Assembly (NCBI GenBank): GCA_051294905.1
Contig: CM119371.1
Coordinates: 186,001-250,000, forward strand
From: Botryllus schlosseri
Lineage: Eukaryota
Reading direction: 5' to 3'
DNA: 64,000 nucleotides
Part shown: positions 14,168 through 23,500 of the stretch, in pieces
Position numbering within the stretch: the stretch's first letter is position 1
Layout: the number at the start of each line of letters is the position of its first letter
The notes under the pieces: model-generated
The model's input: the letters and a program-made list of their open reading frames with translations, nothing else
What the model was told of the DNA's origin: nothing
Databases searched by the model: none
Translations under genes and position numbers: made by a program

Positions 14168-15223
14168 CAGCGGTCGGGAACCTTTTTTGGACGAAGAGCC
14201 ACATTGACCCAATATTTTCAAATCTGGCTCCCAAAGAGCCATAAATGTCAATTCACTGTTACGACACAATTGAAAATTTGTGACGTATTGGTAGCACTAT
14301 TACATGGGATTCATAGTGTGCCGCATATTTTCTCCGCTCATATGCGGGGAGCCAAACATGGTCACTACAGCAGTACATACATTGAAACCTTCCATGATTA
14401 TTGGTATTTTCTATCGACGTTTATGAATAACTAGATTTTGAACTTTTTGGCTCCGAAAATCAAGCAATTTTCAAATTTATTGTGCGAAAATAGAGCGGGG
14501 AAGGCGAGTTAAGGCACATGTGAGGCACAGACAGGCCAAGCCTCGTCTGTGATAGCGCAACTCTTCGTAAATAGCTTATAATTTTGATCACTGATATTAA
14601 TCGAATGCAATTGTCACACTGATTCCGAATCTCTAAATATTGATCGACTTCTCCAGTATTCGACTAACAAAACGTTGCGCTACACACCTACAGGCGGTAT
14701 ACTAGAAAGCTATAACCTACCAATCAAGAACATGGATAGCTATATGTTGTTGTTTTGAATTTGAATTTCTAATTGAGAATGTCACTTTCAAGGCAGTTCA
14801 TTTCTCGGCGTGGATCAGGAAAAAAAGTGTATTTGATAACTGCATTGTCATACAAGCGTCGCCATGCCTGCTATTTTCCATGATCAATCAAGGTATCGTG
14901 CAATCCAAAATTACGAGGCGCGCGATGTCGTGTAGATCGAATTCGCGAGTGATGTTATAGTTACAGGCGCGTCAGCAACTTAAAAAATTGAGGATTTTGA
15001 TAAGGGGACACAAGTCCCTAACCCTGGATTCCCCGCTGTATTGACCTCTCTAAGACATGTTTAGGCTACTACGAGAATAAATATTCGGGCCGTTATGAAA
15101 ATTTACTATCATGTTGCTGCAATATTGATAAATTTATCACAAAATTAAAAATTTATTAAAGAGCCATATCTCATAACCAAAAGAGCCATATATGACTCGC
15201 GAGCCATAGCTTCACGACCACTG
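14168..15223. mobile_element. hAT (Charlie-like) MITE
   Basis: Termini CAGCGGTCGGGAAC / GCTTCACGACCACTG, perfect 8-bp TSD TGCTATAC (14160-14167, 15224-15231), and GAGCCA subterminal repeats. Confidence 0.9.
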
Positions 15224-15680
15224 TGCTATACATTACCTTTACATAACTTTAGTTTAACAAACTTTCCTATACCTTCGTCGCTATATTAATATACGCGCAT
15301 CCCAAGTTATCCAACCTAGCAGAAACTCGAACAACGGACAAGTGCCAGCGTAACACTGTATATATTTATACACATGATGATATCTAGATTATCGCAATAG
15401 CAAAAAAACTTACATCGCTAAGCCCGATTTCCTGTGCGACTATCGATTCGACATGTCTGCATTTCGTTATATAACGTGGATGATCTTGCAATTGCTTCCC
15501 TACTCACAGTAGGACTGTTCGTTTCGCGAACTGGGCAATTTCATTGTATTGCTTTGCATTTACTCAAACATACGAAGCGCCCTGCTAGCGCAGCATTGTT
15601 CCAAAAATAAATCCTACTGAACAGATTCAATGACGAATCTTCCTATTTCACATATAGGCTGTACAACGGGATGAGATAAG

Positions 15681-16134
15681 TAGGCTTACCATATTTTGGA
15701 AATCAAAAAAGAGGACACTTCTTCAGAAATGTTCAACTTGCAAAACCGGAGTAAAATTCTCAAAAACCGGTTAATTTTTCCCACTTTGTGATCGGTTGAC
15801 TAAAAAAAAAAAAAAAAAGGTCTTCACTTCTGCTCAGAGCTCAAAATAACGTTTTTTACTCCACATTGCCAGGTGGATGACTAAAAAAAAAAAAGAAGGT
15901 CAGCTTTTCGCTCAGAGCTAAAATCCCCGTTTTTAACTCCGAAACACCCGCCGGAGCTTCACTTCTGTGCTAATATGCGGCATATCACTCGCGATTTGCT
16001 CTAAATCTGCCTAAATTTTCAAAAAAGAGGACAAAATCTCAAAAAAGAGGACAAAAGGGCGTCCTCCGAGGACACTTTCAAAAAAGCCAAAAAAGAGGAC
16101 AAATCCTCTTAAAAGAGGACGTATGGTAAGCCTA
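15681..16134. mobile_element. MITE with TAGGCTTACCATA TIRs and a 7-bp TSD
   Basis: TIR TAGGCTTACCATA / TATGGTAAGCCTA, flanking direct repeat AGATAAG (15674-15680, 16135-16141), and multiple AAAAGAGGAC subterminal repeats. Confidence 0.88.
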
Positions 16135-16486
16135 AGATAAGCCACTCACAATGTATTATATTTGGATAGTAAAGGCAGAATTGTTATGGTGAATGGTATA
16201 TAACTATAAATAAAAATGTGTCTGTAGGGCCTACAATGAAGGCTGCTTTCCATACTGAGATAGGATTAATCAGAATGAAATTATAAATGAATGAAATGTT
16301 GACATCGTGGTGTGAAAGATTAAAACAATATTAGGCCTACACTGTAAAAAATATCCTTGGTAAATCCCGAGCTTAGGCTCGGATATGACTCGATTCAACC
16401 CGTTTCCTAGTTTTTTCCCCAAAACGTCGACTCGTTTTCAGTGCATTCCGAGTCACGCGAGATGTCAACCGCATGCGAGGTTGGAA

Positions 16487-16641
16487 ATTACCGAGGATAC
16501 CATTACCGAAGCTGGAACCTTACCGAGAATGGTCATTACCGAGAATAGACACAACCGAGAATGGACATTACCGAGAATACCATTACCGAGAATGGACCCT
16601 ACCGAGAATATACATTACCGAGAATGGTCATTACCGAGAAT
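16487..16641 (+). repeat. Subterminal tandem array of ~10 copies of a 14-16-bp (CA)TTACCGAGAAT unit
   Basis: Directly visible. The core TTACCGAG(GATA) also occurs within the right TIR. Confidence 0.9.
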
Positions 16642-17071
16642 TTAATTGCTCAGCGCGTTGATAAGCGCGCGTATTCAAATGTTCGACGCGTGCGTATTTC
16701 ATTGTTCACGACAGATCAGGGATCGCTAATTAACAGCACTTTCGGACTCGTCGACAAGCTTATCATACGTCTATAATCGCCAATACGGGGATGTTGTATA
16801 ATCGTTGTTTACGCATCGCATGTACTTAACCCTAATGAGTCAATGCTACGTTACTAAATTCGGAAAAAATCGAAACCAGCACCCCCTTTTATTTCAACCC
16901 CCCCTTGTTTTTCGGCTGGCTACGCGCCTGGCTATTACTCACACTGGCTTACAGAAAAGCATTACACATATATAAGACAACCAATGAATCTTGTGATTTT
17001 ATTACTTCTCCAACCTATCATATCAGGCAATTATCAACCGTCGAATTTTTCGTCATTTGTCACTGATCAAA

Positions 17072-17896
17072 TCAAGCCTGTTGTCCGCTGCTGGCTTCGT
17101 CAAGGTCAGCTCCCCCTACAATCTGCCAGAGGGCGTCGGTTTCTGGGATGACAGCTTCCGATTTCGACTTCTGAAGTTCGAATTGCTGTGACCATGTGAT
17201 CTGATGGGATCTTTTAAATTCTGTTGCTTGTACTTCGCTCACTGGGACGCAATGTCGATAATACAGGAGCTTCCACATTTGCCGGATCGTTGGTTTGAAG
17301 GAACTAACACCCAAAATTTCTGACATGGCGTCGCCGTCTAGTTGAAGATTCGTCCCGCAGACTCGGATATTTCGAACATCCATATATGTGGCAATTAACA
17401 CTATGATCACAATATCTTTGAGAATTCGTTTGCGTAGGCCACACGTGGAGTGCAATAAGTGGTATAGCTCATCCGAGATCAAAAATCTCTGTTCATTTGG
17501 TCGGCGAAGGATTTTTTTATAGCTGTCTTCATCTGCCATGATAATACTGGGTATGTCCTCCAAGATGCCGTATTGTTTCTTGAAAATTTTATAAATCGTT
17601 TCCGTTCGTCTAGTCTGCTTTTTCACGTCATCAGCAACTGTCTTCAAATACTTCATTACTTCTTGATTACTGCGTAATATCCTTTCTTGAGATTCCCAAA
17701 TAACGTGGAAATCATTGCGAAGCTGCAATATTTCTGTGCAAAAATCCACCGTTTCAGGCATGTTATGTTCACAAGACGTACTGTACACGCATGTGAGTAT
17801 ATAGTCTTTGTCAAAACAGCACTCCAGCATGCACTGAAAGTGATTACATGTGAGTATGGTCTTTGTCAAAACATTTTTGTCAGTGGAAAATTCCAT
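17072..17896 (-). CDS. Transposon-borne hypothetical protein (274 aa from ATG 17896, or 229 aa from ATG 17761); predicted coiled coil plus possible BEN-like domain
   Basis: A 900-nt stop-free frame inside the TIRs, head-to-head with the transposase. It has a heptad-like segment LRNDFHVIWESQERILRSNQEVMKYLKTVADDVKKQTRRTETIYKIF. The segment ILKDIVIIVLI..MDVRNIRVCG...LDGDAMSEIL loosely fits the BEN pattern, judged by eye only. Confidence 0.6.
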   Translation of the reverse strand: MEFSTDKNVLTKTILTCNHFQCMLECCFDKDYILTCVYSTSCEHNMPETVDFCTEILQLRNDFHVIWESQERILRSNQEVMKYLKTVADDVKKQTRRTETIYKIFKKQYGILEDIPSIIMADEDSYKKILRRPNEQRFLISDELYHLLHSTCGLRKRILKDIVIIVLIATYMDVRNIRVCGTNLQLDGDAMSEILGVSSFKPTIRQMWKLLYYRHCVPVSEVQATEFKRSHQITWSQQFELQKSKSEAVIPETDALWQIVGGADLDEASSGQQA

Positions 17897-18069
17897 TGTA
17901 AAATCGGGAGTTGAGATTACATCATCAAAGTTTCCCCAACTATTTGCTAGAGAGAGGTCTTTTGAGGTCAATTATTTGCCGCGCGAGTGGATGCGCGTGC
18001 GTACCACGCATTTCGCCAGAACACAGCAGAGTTAACGAACGCGGTGAAGTTTCACGCCGACAGACGGCC

Positions 18070-20409
18070 ATGAATTGGGTTTGTCCGGCATCAGGTTGTA
18101 TTTCTAATCAGTTTTCATCGCGAAAAGCCTTGCTGAAACATGTGCGCAGAATTCATCGTTTCTGCAACACTTTCAACTGCAAGATGGAGCCGTGCAATGG
18201 TAAAATTCCACCGTTTTCGACTTATCATAGCTTCAGGATGCATCTTAACCGCGAGCATGTGAAACGAACAGTGTTAAACTCAGATTTTGAAGCAGATCTG
18301 CGCGTTTCCACCCTAGAACAGTCGGATCAGTCACAGCAAGAGACTGGGAAAGTTAATGACAGTTTACCAAACATTCATGATGTATTTTTGCGGTTTGCTT
18401 TGCAATGTCGCGAAAAACATCTGTTGCCAATTTCGGTATCCCGTGACATCTTATTCGGCGTAGTTGAGCTTTTAGAAGCATTTAAAAATGCTTGTGCTAC
18501 CAACAATGTTGATAATTTGCCAGATCTGAGGCAAATGATGGATCAAACACAGAGTGACTATCAATTTAAGAAATGTTTAACAAGCATAGGTCTTGTTGAG
18601 CCCGTTAAAGTGCTTTGTGAAGGGGATGAGGACCAATCATATCAATATATTCCCATATTAAGTACTCTGAAAAGATACTTGGAACACAAGGATGTAATTG
18701 AAAGTGTAGATGCGAATATGTCTTGTTCTTCTGCTCATGGGTTTCTGTGCAACTTCTGCGATGGGGATTTGTTTAAAAATAATCACTTTTTTAAAGGTGA
18801 TCAGAGTTTGCTGCGCATCCATTTATATTTAGATGATGTCGAAATTTGTAACCCATTGGGGAGTTCGAGAAGTATACACAAGCTTACTTGCTTTTATTTT
18901 ACGCTTGGAAATGTGGAAGTGAAGTTTTTGTCGAACTTGAGGAATATTCATCCGGTCTTGATTGTAAAAACTTGCACAGTGAAAAAAATGGGATATCATG
19001 CGATAGTCAAGCCGTTAATTCAAGATTTAAAATCCCTGGAAACATCTGGAATGGATGTAACTCTTTGGAATGGCATGACAAGGCATTTCAAAGGTAGCAT
19101 AGCAACAGTCACGGGTGATAATTTAGCAAGTCATGACATATCTGGGTTTCGTCGTTCATTCAGTAGCGGTCGTATTTGTAGATTCTGTATGTGCCATTAT
19201 TCAGATTTAACTGTGAAATTTTCTGAAACAATGTTTGAATTGAGGTGTCCATCCAACCATGAGCTGCATGTCCGTGATGTAGCAAGGCACTCATCACTCG
19301 AGAGAGCATATGGAGTGAGAATGAGTAATCCATTTTCTGATCTTTTAGCGTTTGATGTGATTCATTGTAATGTTTTCGACGTTATGCATGATATCATGGA
19401 GGGCTGTCTCGTTTTAATCCTGGAACTTGTCATAAACAAGTTGATCATTCAAGATTGTGACATGACAAAGTCAGATTTTATTGAACTTGTGCAACAATTC
19501 CCCTATGGCAAGTATGAAAGCCGTAATAAGCCTCGCTACAAAGGTAAAGTTTCGACATTGACTGCAACGCAGAGCTGGTGTTTCTTCAATCATCTGAGTT
19601 TCATGGTCGGTACAAAAATCGATGAACAAAATGATGTATGGGAATTGTATTTGCTGTTATCAGATATATGTGACATTGTATTTGCTAAACGTGTTACGGT
19701 TCAGATGATTCATTCACTAGATGTGCTGGTTGTTGATTTTTATAGCGCGGTGTTGAAGCTGGCACCAGAAATAATTAAGCCGAAATTCCACTACTTATTA
19801 CACTATGCGACCGCAACGAAAATCTGCGGCCCGATCTCTCATTTGTCCTCTCTTAGATTCGAATCTTACCATCAGATCGTAAAAAAAATTTGTAGAATTT
19901 CTGGAAACTTCAAAAACATAACTCATACTGTAGCCACTCGACTTCAGTACAGAAAATGTTGGGAAATGTCTTCACTCAATTGTTTGCATGATGATCCAAT
20001 GAATATCGAGCTCGTAAACATATCATGGAAAGATATACCAAGCCACTATGTTGCATTTCTTGGAATACAAGATATGGAAGGACAAGTATGTTCTTCGAAA
20101 TTCTATGACAATGGATATGAAACATATGGTAGGCAGGGGATTTATGTTGTAAATGAGGATGATGATGGACCAATATTTTGTCGTGTACAATATATTCTTT
20201 ATTTCAATGAACAGTGGCACATGTGTGGTGAATTGCTGAAGTCGAGATTTGTACGACATTTACACTGCTATGCTGTGGAGGAAACTGGTACTGTTTACGT
20301 ATTTCAGCCCGGGGAATTATTTTACCAAAGGCCCCATGATGCATACTTCATTGGCAAATCACAGTACATTAGGCTGCATCAACAAATATGTTTCAAGTTT
20401 GAACCCTAA
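18070..20409 (+). CDS. CACTA/EnSpm (CMC) DDE transposase, 779 aa, with two N-terminal C2H2 zinc fingers
   Basis: The first ATG is at 18070; the ORF track starts at an upstream TTG. Zinc fingers: CPASGC..HVRRIH and CKMEPC..HLNREH. Catalytic-region motifs: LYLDDVEICNPLG, TGDNLASH, CRFC (Cx2C), DVMHDIMEG, KPKFHYLLHY (Hx3H) and LRFESYH. There are no stops or frameshifts. Confidence 0.93.
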   Translation: MNWVCPASGCISNQFSSRKALLKHVRRIHRFCNTFNCKMEPCNGKIPPFSTYHSFRMHLNREHVKRTVLNSDFEADLRVSTLEQSDQSQQETGKVNDSLPNIHDVFLRFALQCREKHLLPISVSRDILFGVVELLEAFKNACATNNVDNLPDLRQMMDQTQSDYQFKKCLTSIGLVEPVKVLCEGDEDQSYQYIPILSTLKRYLEHKDVIESVDANMSCSSAHGFLCNFCDGDLFKNNHFFKGDQSLLRIHLYLDDVEICNPLGSSRSIHKLTCFYFTLGNVEVKFLSNLRNIHPVLIVKTCTVKKMGYHAIVKPLIQDLKSLETSGMDVTLWNGMTRHFKGSIATVTGDNLASHDISGFRRSFSSGRICRFCMCHYSDLTVKFSETMFELRCPSNHELHVRDVARHSSLERAYGVRMSNPFSDLLAFDVIHCNVFDVMHDIMEGCLVLILELVINKLIIQDCDMTKSDFIELVQQFPYGKYESRNKPRYKGKVSTLTATQSWCFFNHLSFMVGTKIDEQNDVWELYLLLSDICDIVFAKRVTVQMIHSLDVLVVDFYSAVLKLAPEIIKPKFHYLLHYATATKICGPISHLSSLRFESYHQIVKKICRISGNFKNITHTVATRLQYRKCWEMSSLNCLHDDPMNIELVNISWKDIPSHYVAFLGIQDMEGQVCSSKFYDNGYETYGRQGIYVVNEDDDGPIFCRVQYILYFNEQWHMCGELLKSRFVRHLHCYAVEETGTVYVFQPGELFYQRPHDAYFIGKSQYIRLHQQICFKFEP

Positions 20410-20553
20410 AGATAATTGAGCTTATACAGTGCAGTATGTTGATCGAAAAATATTGCTTTCACAACTTTTTTGCAATTTTCATTATTTTGATTATGACCAT
20501 TGTATTTTACAGATACACAAAACACTAGCGCTGTGATTGTTGTACAGTTGAAT

Positions 20554-23500
20554 ATGAAACTGCTGGTTAGTTATGGTGACAGTAAAAGAGTGATCAGAGT
20601 TGATCACCAATCTGAGGTTCCTGATGTTGTGAGAAATGTATTTCATGATGAAATTGGTGACAATCAATTCAAAATGGAATATTACGACAAGACATTTGAT
20701 TCGTACGTCGATCTTCATGACATGTCGGAAATTGTAGATGGACTAATGTTGCGGCTGATTTTGAGCACCAGTGGCAGTAAGTGAAATGTAGGATCAGTAG
20801 GCTCATTCATGAGAGAGATGAATACCGTAAAACGGGGTAACATTGGACAATTTTCAACAATTCCGCTTTGTATCTTGGAAATGCTAGGGTGTAGGGGAGG
20901 CAAGTTTTGTGTTTTTTTGGAGTCATGGAGCAAAGATTAGAATTAACTAATCCAAAACCTTCATGATCATAAATAAGTACCTTATTTTTGTAAATTATCT
21001 GTGTCCAAAGTTTTGAATCTATGAATCACATGCTATCTATGTTTGGCTGTAAGAAGTTTATTGGCCATCAATTTTGGCGAAATTGACCCCCTCCATTAAT
21101 TTATCGATGTTGGGTCAAGTTTATCTGGTAGTGAAATGAATCCACCTTTTATAAAGACTACTTGCAGTACTGCTGCCTCATGAAAAAGAATTGGACATCC
21201 AGCGGCAACCCTTTTTCATCAATAACCATTTAAATCTTTTACTGCTTAGTGTCCAAAGTTACCCTTAAGTCCAAAGTTACCCCGGTTTACGGTATTTACC
21301 TATACTCATATTTTTCTTGCAATAAATTAGATTAGAATTAGAATACTGTCATTTCGCAATAATTTTTTGAAATTACGCAACTATAATTATCTACCGTAGT
21401 TCTCCAAGTCTGATCAGATGTGCCTTGGCGAAATAGATTCACCCCTCATCGAGTCTATTTTTATTGGTGCAGAGGGAACCTATCCGAAAACCAACAACTC
21501 TGTTGTTGAACAAAGTGACTTGGATATACTCGGCTCCGATTGCACCAGCACGATGGCTTCAGGAGGGCAATCTAACGAAGACGTAATGCATAGTGAAACG
21601 TCAAGCATTGACAATGTTGGATACTGCTGTGATTCTTCATTTCCTAACCTGCCTGTTGAAGATTTTGAACCTGAAGGTATTGACTTACGGTGAATTATTA
21701 ATATTTTCCTCATTCCTTATCCTTCTCTTCAGATGAAAGTATATCAAACAGTACCTTGTCGAGCTCCAAGGCATCTACCAGTTCAGCAGATTGTGACGAA
21801 AACAACAAACCATTGCCATGGCCCAACGAATATAGGATTTCTTTACCAAAAGCCATAGAAAAGGAAGTGAAGCAGTATGAAAAGACAAAAGTACTTCCAC
21901 AAAAATTGAGACTGAAAATTGTTCATCACCTGTTTTGGGACCTGCTGCAATACACTAGGTGACCTACAATATAAATAATAAACCTTTCTTGTATATGACG
22001 ATAATTGCAGTGGCCTAAAACAGTCATTATTCCTAGTCTATATCCCACAAGACAACAATACGATGCGCCAGTAGCTGCTTTGATAACGAAATATCCTTGG
22101 ATGCAAGATCGTTTGAAATTCGATGGATGTGAAAATTTCGTGAGCTGCTTGTGTTTGAACATTCCAAACATTTCTTCAAATATCTTACGTTGCAGCATTC
22201 TTGGAAAAAACAGCTCATAACCCAGTTCCAGGAGTACCGTAGGGGCCGTAAAGATCCTCTCGTTACGGAAAAAAAGCAAAAACACGGAAAACACCGTCAG
22301 GGTAAACGGAAACATACCGACGACCTTGTTGTGGAAACATCGAGTGAAAGGTGCACCAAACCTCGAATGTCATCATGCATTGTAAGAATTTTCAAATCCT
22401 TCATTGTTCATTAACGTTGGTTACCTGTATAACGGGTGAGAGGGGGAATATTGAGGATATTGATATTGAGCACAAGAGAATAGCATATTTTGAAACGGTC
22501 CTGTCAATACCTATATCTATACCTATATCTATAGGTACAGCCCGTTCATCTGGAAAGTTGGGGCAATCTTAGCAGTCTACTCAAAACTTGCCTACAATCC
22601 TAATAGAAAACTCCAGACTCCAAGCCAAGCAAGAGTATTTTATAAATATAATTTTTTTTTAATAAATCGATTCCTCAATATTTTTGTGGGGGCCGAAACA
22701 CGGGTAGCTGGGGGCCGCGGTTGGGAATCACTGGTCTATAACGAACAGCGTCACGCGAATTTTTCAACGCATGGGTTCCCAAACTTTTTATATTCTCAAT
22801 CTCAAACTTTTATTGGAAAATACCCCGCGACCCGCCTCCGCAGAATATTGAAGAAATTGGTCTGTACCTTCGCCCAAACCTACTCTCGGCCTATGCGAGA
22901 GTCTATCGACTATATTTGCGCAGTAATAGCAATTACGCAATTATAAACTCGTCAAAACTTGACGATGAAAAATGCCTCTGACCATCTCTGATTAGAAAAT
23001 ATATTTTTTCTTGTAGATTCCAACCGTATACCCGCCGGAAGATGAGCGTAGCATCGAAGCGCACCAAAAGGAAATTATGACTGAGTGGAAAAGAAGCCGA
23101 AATGCTGATAAAGACACAATCATGGATAGGATGAAAAGGACCTTTAAAGATCGTCGACATGAAGTTATCAAAGGGACATCAACAACGAGTCTGTTGCGTG
23201 CGTACCCAGTTTTGGCAGATGCTCATTGGGTAGGTATAAAGCAGGGGTCTCCAACACGCGGCCCGCGGGCCGCATGCGGCCCGCGAGGTCCTATTTTGCG
23301 GCCCGCGACCTGATTTGAAAAAAATTCAGAAAAACGCTTAGTAAATCATGTTGAAACGCTAAAATTGATTTCAGTTGAAACAGAATGTTGTTGTTTTTCA
23401 AAGTGAGCCATTCTATGTGCCCACTATCACTATTACTCACTAGTTGATACGGCTTCGGCATGGTAATATCATTCCATGGATGCAGAATTTGCTGGTACGA

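Noticed and set aside
16385..16776. ORFs with ITENGHYRE / LPRM repeats, and a CRISPR-like appearance
   Set aside because: These are translations of the subterminal array. The units abut with no unique spacers, there are no cas genes, and the context is eukaryotic.
17911..18069. N-terminal 53 aa of the 832-aa ORF call
   Set aside because: It starts at TTG. The first ATG (18070) immediately precedes zinc finger 1, and this stretch is the divergent promoter region.
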